64,000 bases of DNA from positions 1-64,000 of the IMG/VR virus record IMGVR_UViG_2690315872_000001. The stretch is one strand, 5' to 3'. Position 1 is the stretch's first letter; every line of letters starts with the position of its first letter. Shown piece by piece: positions 43,364-52,688 of the stretch. This DNA is from a virus (lineage: Duplodnaviria > Caudoviricetes). Under the pieces are notes generated by a model, which ran no database searches, was not told where the DNA came from, and saw only the letters and a program-made list of their open reading frames with translations. A program made the translations under genes and the position numbers.

Positions 43364-46096
43364 ATGGACCACGCAGCATTCGCCCGATTCTGGAGAAACG
43401 AGATCCCAAGAGCTGCTGAACGCGACAGCTATCAGAATCACTGGCGTGGTCTGTGTGAGATCGTGCGGCACCCTTTTCCCGGGGTGGACCCGAACTACAA
43501 ATTCGAGCGGAAAGTGCAGAAGGTCGGTACGAAGGACACGGGATTCGCCGACGTGTACAAAGCCAAGCATTTCATTGCGGAGTACAAGCGCCCCGGCCGG
43601 GACCTGGGGGCCGCTCGCCAGCAGGCGGCGCTATACGCATGGGAGCTCGGCAACCCACCCCTGCTGATCACCTCTGACTTCGCGCGGATTGAGGTGAACA
43701 CGGCGTTCACTGGGACCAGCCCGAAAACTTACCTGATTGGCCTGGACGACATCGAGCACAACCAGGTGATCAAGGGCGGCGACCTCACGGCGCTGGAGAT
43801 CCTGAACTCCGCTTTTCACGCGCCGGAAAACTTGGATCCGCGGCACTTCCGCGAACGGCTCACGACGACCGCCACGCGGCAGGTCGGGCAGGTCGCACTC
43901 CGCATGGGCCAGCGTGAGGGCAAGGCGCGGGCGGCGCACATGATGATGCGCCTCGTGTTCGCCCTCTTCGCGGAGGACGTCACCTTGCTCGAGCGCGGTC
44001 TCGTGACCCGGGTGCTCGAACGCAGCCGGGCCCACCCGGAGAACAGTCAGGCGTACTTCCAGGAACTGTTCCGCGCGATGAAGGGCGGTGGTGAGTTCTG
44101 GGGGCACGACATCCAGCACTTCAACGGCGGCCTGTTCGACGAGGCAGACGCTCTGGCCATCACGTCCGACGAGGCGGCCGCGCTGGTGGAGGCCGCGCAG
44201 CTGGACTGGTCAGAAGTGGAACCTAGCATCTTCGGCACGCTGTTCGAGAACGGCCTCGATGAGGACACCCGCAGCCGCCGCGGCGCGCATTACACCAGCG
44301 TGACGGACATTGAGCGCGTCGTCGACCGCGTCGTGATGGAACCCCTCTGGGCGGAATGGGACGCGCTGAGGCACGGGTTGCAGAAGATGAAGCGTCAGCA
44401 GCGAATCGAACAGCTGTTCGCGTTCCAGGACCGCGTGCGGGGCGTGCGGGTGCTGGATCCGGCCTGCGGGAGCGGCAACTTCCTGTTCGTGGCCCTGAAG
44501 AAGCTGCTCGACCTGGAGTACCAGATCCGTTCAGCCGTCACCATGAACGGCGTCGGCGAATTCGAGATGCCTCCACTCGTGCACCCCAAGCAGATGCTGG
44601 GCCTGGAAATCGAGCCGTTCGCGCACGAGCTGGCCAGCATCACGCTGTGGATGGGGTACATCCAGTGGAAACGCGCGCACGGTGGGCACTGGGAAACGCC
44701 GATCCTGCAGCACCTGAACAACATCCAGAACCGGGACGCGCTGCTCAACCCGGACGGCACCGAGGCGCAGTGGCCGGACGCGGAGTTCATCGTCGGGAAC
44801 CCGCCCTTCCTGGGTGACAAGATGATGCGCGCCCAGCTGGGCGGTGAGTACACCAACACCCTGCGGGGCGTCTACGCTGACCGGCTGCCTGCGCAGAGTG
44901 ACCTCGTGTGCTACTGGCCGGAGAAGGCGCGGGCCATGGTGGAATCGGGCGTTACGCGCCGGGCGGGTTTCGTGGCAACGAACAGCATCCGTGGCGGCAA
45001 GAATCGGGTGGTCCTTGATCGCATCAAGGCAACCGGTGACATCTTCATGGCGTGGCCTGATGAACCCTGGGAGCAGAACGGCGCGGCCGTCCGCGTCAGC
45101 CTCTTCGCGTTCGACAAGGGCATGGAAACCCAGAAGACGGTGAATGACCAGTTTGTCAGTGACATCACCGCCGACCTGACCTCGCGTATCGACGTGAAAT
45201 CCGCAGTGAAGCTCTCGGAGAACGGAGGGCGGAGCTTCATCGGTACACAGAAGGGCGGTGCCTTCGATATTCCTGCTGAATTGGCGCAGCAGTGGATCAA
45301 CGCCCCGAACCCGGATGGTGTGGAAAACGCGGATGTGCTGAAGCCCTGGGTGAACGGCATGGACCTGACGCGCCGGCCCAGCAACCGGTGGATCATCGAC
45401 TTCGCCCTGATGAGCGAGATGGAGGCGTCACGGTATCTAATGCCTATGGCGTACGTCGTTCAGCACATCCAGCCGGTTAAGAGTCAGAATCGTCGGGAGA
45501 ATAGGGCACGCCACTGGTGGCGGTTTGATGAGCCAGCTTCGAACTTGCGTGCCGGGCTCGCTGGCTTGACGCGCTTCATTGGCATTCCAAGGGTGGCCAA
45601 GCACCTTCTGCCGGTCTGGCTGCCCGAGGGCACACTGCCGGACTCACAGGTGGTGTCAATCGCGCGGGATGATGACTTCACATTCGGCGTCTTGGCCTCC
45701 ACAACACATCGCTGCTGGGCCCGGGCACAGGGCACGTACATGGGTGTTGGTAATGATCTGCGGTATACCCCCTCTACCTGCTTCGAGACCTTCCCATTCC
45801 CGGATCCAGCCCCTGAGCAGCGTGCAGACATCGAAAAGTGGGCGCGGTTCGTGGTGACGATGCGGGAGCACCTGCTGGCGCAGGACACGAAGGCGACGCT
45901 GACAGGCCTGTACAACGACGTGGTCCGCCTGCGCGCCGAGCCGGACGCCACGCATCCCGTCACGGCGCTCGTGAAGGCCCACGCGGACCTAGACAAGGCG
46001 GTGGCCGCCGCGTACGGCTGGGACTGGCCGCTGAGCGAGGACGATGTGCTCGCGCGACTACTGGCGCTGAACCTAGAGCGGGCCGCGACAGCCTGA
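43364..46096 (+). CDS. MmeI-family (type IIL) fused restriction endonuclease / m6A methyltransferase
   Basis: GFADVYK...IAEYK nuclease motif, IFGTLFE, GAHYT, VLDPACGSGNFL, VGNPPFLG, RYTPSTCFETFPFP. GAGGAG RBS. Confidence 0.92.
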   Translation: MDHAAFARFWRNEIPRAAERDSYQNHWRGLCEIVRHPFPGVDPNYKFERKVQKVGTKDTGFADVYKAKHFIAEYKRPGRDLGAARQQAALYAWELGNPPLLITSDFARIEVNTAFTGTSPKTYLIGLDDIEHNQVIKGGDLTALEILNSAFHAPENLDPRHFRERLTTTATRQVGQVALRMGQREGKARAAHMMMRLVFALFAEDVTLLERGLVTRVLERSRAHPENSQAYFQELFRAMKGGGEFWGHDIQHFNGGLFDEADALAITSDEAAALVEAAQLDWSEVEPSIFGTLFENGLDEDTRSRRGAHYTSVTDIERVVDRVVMEPLWAEWDALRHGLQKMKRQQRIEQLFAFQDRVRGVRVLDPACGSGNFLFVALKKLLDLEYQIRSAVTMNGVGEFEMPPLVHPKQMLGLEIEPFAHELASITLWMGYIQWKRAHGGHWETPILQHLNNIQNRDALLNPDGTEAQWPDAEFIVGNPPFLGDKMMRAQLGGEYTNTLRGVYADRLPAQSDLVCYWPEKARAMVESGVTRRAGFVATNSIRGGKNRVVLDRIKATGDIFMAWPDEPWEQNGAAVRVSLFAFDKGMETQKTVNDQFVSDITADLTSRIDVKSAVKLSENGGRSFIGTQKGGAFDIPAELAQQWINAPNPDGVENADVLKPWVNGMDLTRRPSNRWIIDFALMSEMEASRYLMPMAYVVQHIQPVKSQNRRENRARHWWRFDEPASNLRAGLAGLTRFIGIPRVAKHLLPVWLPEGTLPDSQVVSIARDDDFTFGVLASTTHRCWARAQGTYMGVGNDLRYTPSTCFETFPFPDPAPEQRADIEKWARFVVTMREHLLAQDTKATLTGLYNDVVRLRAEPDATHPVTALVKAHADLDKAVAAAYGWDWPLSEDDVLARLLALNLERAATA

Positions 46097-46304
46097 TCAA
46101 GCGGGCGTATGTGGCGTCGCGCATCCAGAGGCTGGATCTGAGGCAGCACGTTCCAGCAGTGCGTGTCATGCTGCGCGCGTGTCCCCTCACGACGACGCGA
46201 ACCGCGCCCTGATCGAGATCCTCCGTGCAGGCCTGCCCGCCGCGCCAACGCCTGCACCGGCACCGCAGGGCGAACGTCCAGCCGCACCCCGCTAAGCTGA
46301 CCGG

Positions 46305-46511
46305 ATGACGTTCCAGCCCGGCCGCCCCCTCCCTGCCGACCCACAGACCACCCAGGAGCGCACCCTGTACCACGCACCGCGGATGTCCGGCGTGATGGGC
46401 AGCATGACCCGCGAGGGCGGCACGTGGCAGTGGCGACAGCTGCGTGGCGACGGGCCGGACGCGTACGGCACGGGCGGCTGGAACGACCTGCAGAAGTGGC
46501 TCCAGGGATGA
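46305..46511 (+). CDS. Small hypothetical protein
   Basis: TAAGCT box 6 nt before ATG (leaderless). Confidence 0.65.
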   Translation: MTFQPGRPLPADPQTTQERTLYHAPRMSGVMGSMTREGGTWQWRQLRGDGPDAYGTGGWNDLQKWLQG

Positions 46512-46572
46512 ACGTACAAGATGCGAAGCCGGAAGCATGGCGACCAAGTGAACCACTCACCATGTGTCCTGA

Positions 46573-47535
46573 TCAGCAGCGGCGGTAGTACCCGCTGACG
46601 TACGTGCCGTTGCTGCGGCGGTACCCGTTCACCCAGCACTGCCCACCTGAGGAGGTGGCCGGCGCCGCACCTGGCGTGACGACTGGCGTGGGAGCCGTGA
46701 ACGTCGGGGCGGTGGTCACGGTCCTCTGGAAAGTGCCCTGGAAGGTGGGCGTCAGCGTGCGCCCAAGGGTCAGCTCCTGCAGGTAGGCGACCGGCCCGAC
46801 CACCCCGCTCTGGTAACTGCGGATGTCGTAGTACCCCGGCAGCAGTTCCGCGAGGTCGAGCACCGGCTGCCCACCTCCCGTGAACACCAGGAACACGTAC
46901 CCGGGGGCGATGGGGAGTTGCAGGCCCGCGCGGTCCGCTCGGGCGGGCGCGGCATAGAGGGCTGGGATGGTTAGCCGGGTGAGGCCGGAGGCAGGCACGG
47001 TAATGGTCACCCGTTGTGTGGTCTTGCCGGTGGCGCTGACGATCATGGGGTACGTACCGGGCTTCAGGCTCTGCGGGTCACGGACGGGCTGGTTGCCGTC
47101 GAGGATGACGAAGTAACTCCCGGTGGGGTTGTCGATCGTGAACGCCGGGAGCAGCGCGGGCGTAGTGGCATTGGGGGTGGCGGCGCTGGCGGGTGCCGCC
47201 GCAGCACTGGGTTGCAGCAGCAGCAGGGCCTGCGCGTCGCCCCTTGGGAGGACGCTGAGAGTGGTCTGACCCTGCTCGATGTCGGTGCTCAGGCCCCCTT
47301 CCGGACCGTCCCGCCAGGGGTTGGGGAGCAGGGCGGGGAAGGAGGTGAAGATCTTCCCCGCGACCGCGACCGTGTCACCCGTGACCCGCACGCAGCTGCC
47401 CTGGTAGGGGGCAGGGCAGGTCTGCGGGAGCCCGCCGAGGGCCTGGGCGAGCTGCCCGGCGACCGTGGCGGGCGTGGCGACCGCCAGAGACGGGAGGGTG
47501 AGGGCGGCGAGGGTGAGCCAGGCGCGAAGGGTCAT
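46573..47535 (-). CDS. Secreted protein with a PEGA-like segment and a C-terminal V.GY.R..GTYV.GY.R motif
   Basis: Signal peptide MTLRAWLTLAALTLPSLAVA. TACGCT box 5 nt upstream. Confidence 0.7.
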   Translation of the reverse strand: MTLRAWLTLAALTLPSLAVATPATVAGQLAQALGGLPQTCPAPYQGSCVRVTGDTVAVAGKIFTSFPALLPNPWRDGPEGGLSTDIEQGQTTLSVLPRGDAQALLLLQPSAAAAPASAATPNATTPALLPAFTIDNPTGSYFVILDGNQPVRDPQSLKPGTYPMIVSATGKTTQRVTITVPASGLTRLTIPALYAAPARADRAGLQLPIAPGYVFLVFTGGGQPVLDLAELLPGYYDIRSYQSGVVGPVAYLQELTLGRTLTPTFQGTFQRTVTTAPTFTAPTPVVTPGAAPATSSGGQCWVNGYRRSNGTYVSGYYRRC

Positions 47536-47692
47536 ACGGCAGCGTACCGGAGGGGGGAATGGGCCGGGAACACACATGCGTCACTTGTTCTTCTGGGCTG
47601 GCAGCCCGGGCCCTGTCGGGAAGATGATCTTGGCCCCTGGCGCCGCTCAGGTGAGGACAAGCGGGACGGGCGTGATCCCTACACTGACGGGC

Positions 47693-48418
47693 ATGTCTGA
47701 GCGTATGAACCTGAACATGGAGCCTCCGGAGCCTGCTGGAGACCGGGCGTGGCCGGAGTTCGTGCGGCACTCGTACGGGTCGAACGAGGGATTGACGGAC
47801 GATACGCAGAACAGTGAGGCGTACCCGTATGGGTACCTAGGGTGGTTCATCCGTATGGGGCATCACGTGGCGTCGCTGATCGGTGCGCACACGGGGCGGA
47901 CGGATGACGCGGCGGTGCTGGCAGCGGCGCTGCTGGGGGATATGGACGAAGAGCGGGACATGCAGCGGGAGCATCCGGAGGGGCTGGCGCTGCTGGATGA
48001 GGTGCAGGGGCTGCTGCTGGGGAAGTTGCGTCAGTTCAGCCTGCCGGTCGGGCCGCTGCTGTACGACGCGGATGAGGCAGTCTCGGTGCTGGAAGCGTGG
48101 GGACCGCGCATCGAGGGGTTCCACGGGAATGCGTGCGTGGCGCTGGTGAACTACCTGGAAAGTGTGAAAACCCGGTGCCAAGAACTGGGGGAAGTCAGGG
48201 TGCGGCGGGCCACTCCACCCGCAGTACTTCAGGTCAGCGAGGCGGAGGTGCGGGCGGACGTGGCGGAGCAGCTGCGAGACCTGGCGGTGGACGTGGAGGA
48301 GGGACGACTGCGCGTGCAGGAGGTTCGCACAGGCCGACGGGGGTCACACGTGGAGGTGCTGATCATGGGACGGGTGACTCGCCGCGCGCCGGACACGGCG
48401 TCCAGCGAAGCCAGCTGA
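47693..48418 (+). CDS. Hypothetical protein
   Basis: TACACT box 7 nt before ATG. Confidence 0.65.
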   Translation: MSERMNLNMEPPEPAGDRAWPEFVRHSYGSNEGLTDDTQNSEAYPYGYLGWFIRMGHHVASLIGAHTGRTDDAAVLAAALLGDMDEERDMQREHPEGLALLDEVQGLLLGKLRQFSLPVGPLLYDADEAVSVLEAWGPRIEGFHGNACVALVNYLESVKTRCQELGEVRVRRATPPAVLQVSEAEVRADVAEQLRDLAVDVEEGRLRVQEVRTGRRGSHVEVLIMGRVTRRAPDTASSEAS

Positions 48419-48544
48419 AGTCCGGTCGAATACGTTGACTATTGATGAGACGGAGTACTGACTCGACGTGAAATTCGCACCTTCGCACCTCGACGCCTAA
48501 CCGTCATTCCCGCTTGGCTGGGCGGCCATGTGGGGCGACCCTCC

Positions 48545-48805
48545 TCAGTCCTGCATGCGGGCCAGGAACCACCCATGCGGGTGCGCCCCTTCCTTCTCGT
48601 CTAACCGGTGCACCTCCATCGTCACAGGGCCGCACTGGATGACCCAGCAGTCGCGGCTGGGCTCCCCGAGCCACCAGCGGCCGCCGGCGCGGTACTGGTC
48701 GAGGACCTGCGTGAGGTGGTACGTCCGGCCCGCCCAGCGGATGACCTTCGGGGTGCCGTCCGGGGTGAGGTGCGTGACCTCGCAGGGCTGCTGGATGGCG
48801 CGCAT
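48545..48805 (-). CDS. DUF6504 / ImuB-C-like small protein
   Basis: P..IRWAGRTY....VLDQYRAGGRWW.GEPSRDCW...WFLARMQD. TACCCT box 6 nt upstream. Confidence 0.7.
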   Translation of the reverse strand: MRAIQQPCEVTHLTPDGTPKVIRWAGRTYHLTQVLDQYRAGGRWWLGEPSRDCWVIQCGPVTMEVHRLDEKEGAHPHGWFLARMQD

Positions 48806-48828
48806 GCCTACAGGGTACGGTGGGCGGC

Positions 48829-49101
48829 ATGGACGTCCGAGACCTGACCGCCGTGGAGATCGCTGACCTGCTGGACGCCGCGTGGCGCGAGGACCAGGGG
48901 GAAGCGGTGCGCGGGCCGGATCAGGAGACCCGCACCTACCTCGCGGATCGCCTGGGCTGCGACGAGGACCTGCGGGCCGAGGCGTGGGCGGCGTGGCGTG
49001 ATGAGCTGATCGCGGATGGCCGCAGCGTCGACGAGGCGGAGTACTGGCTGGACGTGGAGTTCCTGCAGCCCTGCCCCGAGGATCACCCCACTGGGGACTG
49101 A
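48829..49101 (+). CDS. Small acidic hypothetical protein
   Basis: TACGGT box 7 nt before ATG. Confidence 0.65.
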   Translation: MDVRDLTAVEIADLLDAAWREDQGEAVRGPDQETRTYLADRLGCDEDLRAEAWAAWRDELIADGRSVDEAEYWLDVEFLQPCPEDHPTGD

Positions 49102-49294
49102 GCACACAGAAGACTGCGTCAGTGGGATTGACCCTGCTGGCGCAGATTCAATCGTGCGCATTGCGTGACTTCAACCCGCCTTTCGTGCACTTCATGAGAG
49201 TTGGGGCCGTTGAATGAGCAGATTTCAGTGTGTTTCGTCAACTGAAATGCAGCTCGGCAGAACGATGTGCAGTGATGCGCGGGCAGTTGTCCGG

Positions 49295-50293
49295 TCACTC
49301 TACCCACGTGTCCAGCGCTTCCGTGAGTCTCTCGGGCCGCATCTTGGCGTAGATCTCGGTGGTGCCGATGGTGCTGTGGCGCAGATGGCGACTCACCACG
49401 TAGATGTCACCCGTTTGTTCGAGGAGCATGGTGGCCGCCGCGTGGCGCAAGCCGTGCACCTGGCGCCGCTCGTACGTCACGCCAGCAAGGGTGCATAGGG
49501 CGCGCAGCAGCATCCGGACTGATTTCGGGTTGCGCCACGGGAGCACGTGCCCGGTCCGGGCGTTCTCGGGCACAGCACTGAGGGCGGCGTGCAGCGGGCC
49601 GGACAGGTGCACCCGCGCGGTCTTCCGGCCCTTGCCGGTCACGGTCATCCGCTTCTTGTCGAGATCCACGCGGTCCCAGGTCAGGCCGATCATCTCGCTC
49701 ATGCGCAGTGCGCCGTGAGCCCCGAGCAGCAGCATCAGCTGCTCGTCCGGATCCGCGACGGCCATCAGGGCCGCGATGTCCTCGCGGGTGTACGCCTCGC
49801 GACGCGCCCAGGGGTCCGTGGGGTCCGCGACGCGCGGGGTGTCCGCGAACGGGTCCGCCTGGAGCACGCCCGCCCAGCGCAGGGCGCGGTACAGCGCGCG
49901 GGCGGCGGACCGGCGGGCATTGATCGTGCCGGGGGTCAGGCCAGTCCGTTCCAGGGCGCGGAGGTACCCGACGGTGAGGTCCGTGTCGTGCTCTGTCATG
50001 CGCTGCCAGCCCAGTGGGAAGGCGTACTGCAGGAAGCGCCAGACGCCCGTGCGGTAGGCGCGTAGGGTGTGCTCGCTCGTGTGGCTGCCGCCCCGGCCGT
50101 ACAGACGCAGGTTGTACTCGGTGACGGACCACAGGGTATCCACGTCCCGGGTGCGCAGCGCCTCGCGGACGGTGGCTTTACGCTCGGGTCTGGTCAGGGT
50201 GTCCCACTGCACGTCGACCGGGAGCCACTGATGCGTGCCGGTCGCGCTGATCTCCGGCAGTGAGGGTTTCTTGTTCTTCTTGGTCTTCTTCAT
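49295..50293 (-). CDS. Tyrosine recombinase (XerC/D-like integrase or resolvase)
   Basis: GALRMSE, TGKGRK, HGLRH and LRHSTIGTTEIY catalytic motifs, plus a core-binding domain. Confidence 0.95.
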   Translation of the reverse strand: MKKTKKNKKPSLPEISATGTHQWLPVDVQWDTLTRPERKATVREALRTRDVDTLWSVTEYNLRLYGRGGSHTSEHTLRAYRTGVWRFLQYAFPLGWQRMTEHDTDLTVGYLRALERTGLTPGTINARRSAARALYRALRWAGVLQADPFADTPRVADPTDPWARREAYTREDIAALMAVADPDEQLMLLLGAHGALRMSEMIGLTWDRVDLDKKRMTVTGKGRKTARVHLSGPLHAALSAVPENARTGHVLPWRNPKSVRMLLRALCTLAGVTYERRQVHGLRHAAATMLLEQTGDIYVVSRHLRHSTIGTTEIYAKMRPERLTEALDTWVE

Positions 50294-50397
50294 CGCGGAT
50301 CGCCTCCGCTCTCCTGGGTCGCCCTGCCCCCTGGGGCGGGCGGCCCTCACGGTTTTTCAACGGACGGCTGTGTCTCTCAGGGCCTACCCTGAGGCCC

Positions 50398-51174
50398 ATG
50401 CCCGACTGGACAGACACTGAGCGCGCGGTTATGGGGGCCATCCTGGAAGTTGGTGCGCTGACCTCCCGTCGGGTGCAGGCGACATACGGTCCCCGGCCCA
50501 ACTGGCACCGCCTCATCACGGAGCGCCAGCTCAGAGAGGTCAGGACCATCTACGGGCCTGTGCTGACGCCCACCGAGGCGGTCCACGAAAAGGTTGAGTC
50601 CACGGGGCGTCTACGTGGACCCGGCAGCCTCGCGGACCGGGCGTACATGCTCGATGCGATCGACCTGGTAGCGCAGCATGGGTACCGGTTCGTGTCGCAC
50701 GACTACAAGGGTGGCCAGGTGCCCGGCACCACGACCGCGCACATCACGCGCACCCGCATTGAAGTCTCGCGGGAGGAGATGGAGCGCCTCGTCGACTGGG
50801 CCAGCGACCGGCCAGGGCCACTGCCGAAAGCCCTGGGGCGGACGTGGCTGTACGCCCGCTGCTCAGGCGGCGGCATGCAGGCCTCAGATCTGCGGCGCAT
50901 CCTCAAGGCGACGGAAGAACAGAACAGGCCGAAGGAATACAGCACCGATCACGTGCAGGTCCTCCACGCGCCCCTGCTGTTCGTGGTCCCTGCAGAGGAC
51001 GATGCACTTCGCGCGTACGCGCGGCGTTACCTGGCCGAGCACCGGCGGACGTACGACCGGGGATGGAATTACAACCAGCGACTGCATTACGTCCCACCGT
51101 TCGAGATTTTTGAGCAGCCGCTGCCGAACCAGGTGTACCGCCCATCATCTGTCGAACGTGGCCGTCCGCTCTGA
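50398..51174 (+). CDS. Hypothetical protein, possibly a degenerate Replic_Relax-like fold
   Basis: TACCCT box 7 nt before ATG. N-terminal wHTH-like segment. Convergent and overlapping with the next gene. Confidence 0.6.
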   Translation: MPDWTDTERAVMGAILEVGALTSRRVQATYGPRPNWHRLITERQLREVRTIYGPVLTPTEAVHEKVESTGRLRGPGSLADRAYMLDAIDLVAQHGYRFVSHDYKGGQVPGTTTAHITRTRIEVSREEMERLVDWASDRPGPLPKALGRTWLYARCSGGGMQASDLRRILKATEEQNRPKEYSTDHVQVLHAPLLFVVPAEDDALRAYARRYLAEHRRTYDRGWNYNQRLHYVPPFEIFEQPLPNQVYRPSSVERGRPL

Positions 51175-51804
51175 AATCTTGTTGAGCCGTGGCCGCGGGG
51201 CGTACGGGTCGCCCGGCCGGTGCACGTCGACGTACATCGTCCGCACCTGCTTGAGGCCTGTGAGCTTGCCCTGGGCGTGGAGTGCGTAGACCCGCGAGTC
51301 TAGTTTTTCGACGCGGCCGTGCACGCTGGTCAGCCAGATCAGACGCTGGTACCCAGCGGCGGCAAACCCGATGAGTTTGGCGTCGACCCGTTCCGGGTTG
51401 TAGCCGGTATCGACCTCCACGGCGACGTCCTGAGCCCGACCATGAGGCGAGCGCAGCTCCGCGTCTGGCCACATGCCCTGGCGCCCCCTCAGAGTCAGAT
51501 ACGTGAACTGTAGGGCCTGGGCGTTTATGTCATCTGCCAGTCGCAGGGCACCCTCAGCCAGGAGCGCCTGATGCAGGAGGTCGCGTGGCGCTGACCGCAG
51601 GCTCTGCTCCTGCCGGCTGACGAACGTCAGCGTCGTCATGCTGCTGGCCTGATGTGACTGCGTGCGGACGTCAAGGTCGATGCGTGGATAATCCATCCAG
51701 CCAGCCGCCTGCGCGAGCCCCAGGCGGGCCAGGGAGACCGAGGTCATGACCGGGTGCTCCGTCAACAGGCGGCGCAGCTTGGCTTTGCGGACAGCTGGGT
51801 GCAT
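51145..51804 (-). CDS. Replication-relaxation family-like PD-(D/E)xK protein
   Basis: LLHQALLAE...WPDAEL...VAVEVDTG...K...Y...LIWLT. Confidence 0.65.
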   Translation of the reverse strand: MHPAVRKAKLRRLLTEHPVMTSVSLARLGLAQAAGWMDYPRIDLDVRTQSHQASSMTTLTFVSRQEQSLRSAPRDLLHQALLAEGALRLADDINAQALQFTYLTLRGRQGMWPDAELRSPHGRAQDVAVEVDTGYNPERVDAKLIGFAAAGYQRLIWLTSVHGRVEKLDSRVYALHAQGKLTGLKQVRTMYVDVHRPGDPYAPRPRLNKISERTATFDR

Positions 51805-51911
51805 GGGGCATGATCACCTGAGTTCATGCCGAAGTGCCGTGAAAAAGGGCACGCAGGCTGATGCAGACGTAAAATAACGGTAGGCGGAAGTGGTGCGCTT
51901 TCCCTAGGAAT

Positions 51912-51989
51912 GATGAGTTTTTTGCAGAATCGGAGTGACACAAAAAACTCATCGAATCACAACAATGGACACTCAAATTTGAGTGTCCA
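51912..51989. promoter_or_regulatory. AT-rich spacer with two inverted repeats (origin, resolution or operator site candidate)
   Basis: GATGAGTTTTTTG-16 bp-CAAAAAACTCATC, and a perfect 24-bp palindrome TGGACACTCAAATTTGAGTGTCCA. Confidence 0.65.
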
Positions 51990-52072
51990 ATCGTTATTTG
52001 CCCCCCATGTTGTCCATAATTGAATGAGGAAAATCGCATATCTCAGGTATGACGGTCAGGCTAGAGTAAACC

Positions 52073-52525
52073 ATGTTGAAATCCGAGCTGGCACGAGAAA
52101 TCGGCATAGATCCCAGCGTCATGACGAAACGGCACCGCGAATACTGCCGCCTCGCGGACATTGATGAAAACGAGAGGTACCTCGACGCCAACACCGTTGC
52201 CGATCTGCGTGCAGCCTCTGAAATGGTGAGTAACGGGACAGCGCGTAACTGGCCGGAGGCCGTGCGCCGCCGCCTGGGCCAGCACGTCGACCCAGTGCCG
52301 CCCAGCAGCGTGGCAGAGATCATCCAGCGACTCAGTGCACTGGAAACCAACGTGCAGCTGATCGCCAATCAACTGGAGCGCATCGAGAGCAGCCTGCGTG
52401 ACCGTCCTCAGCCAACCATGATGTCGCGCCCCGTGGGACCAACCCCAGCTCCCATGCCCGTCCGTCCACCCGCGCCAGCACCGCACGTCCAGCAGCCAAC
52501 TACAGAATGGTCTGGTGAAGACTGA
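52073..52525 (+). CDS. HTH plus coiled-coil DNA-binding protein
   Basis: KSELAREIGIDPSVMTK, coiled coil, Pro-rich tail. Confidence 0.7.
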   Translation: MLKSELAREIGIDPSVMTKRHREYCRLADIDENERYLDANTVADLRAASEMVSNGTARNWPEAVRRRLGQHVDPVPPSSVAEIIQRLSALETNVQLIANQLERIESSLRDRPQPTMMSRPVGPTPAPMPVRPPAPAPHVQQPTTEWSGED

Positions 52526-52630
52526 TCAGCTGGGTGTGTCATTAGCGATGCAGTGATCTACTCAGATCACGGTGAGTGCCTGGTTATGTGCAGATAGACC
52601 ACCTGTCTTAATTCCAGTCGACTCATCGCA

Positions 52631-52671
52631 GCAGAAACGACCGTGTCTACTGGAGACACGGTCGTTTCTGC
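52631..52671. terminator. 18-bp-stem hairpin between convergent genes
   Basis: GCAGAAACGACCGTGTCT-ACTGG-AGACACGGTCGTTTCTGC. Confidence 0.75.
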
Positions 52672-52688
52672 GCACTGACGTCAGTCCG
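52671..52688. repeat. 18-bp palindrome copy 7 (CGCACTGACGTCAGTCCG), overlapping the parB stop codon
   Basis: One mismatch to consensus. Confidence 0.85.

Noticed and set aside
48420-48500. Deinococcus RDRM (DdrO box) near the ImuB-C-like gene or in the 51.8-52.0 kb spacer
   Set aside because: No convincing 17-bp match by eye. A PWM scan would be needed.
49295-50293. The recombinase as a protelomerase
   Set aside because: Its size (about 330 aa) and HGLRH...H...Y signature fit an ordinary Xer/integrase-like enzyme.
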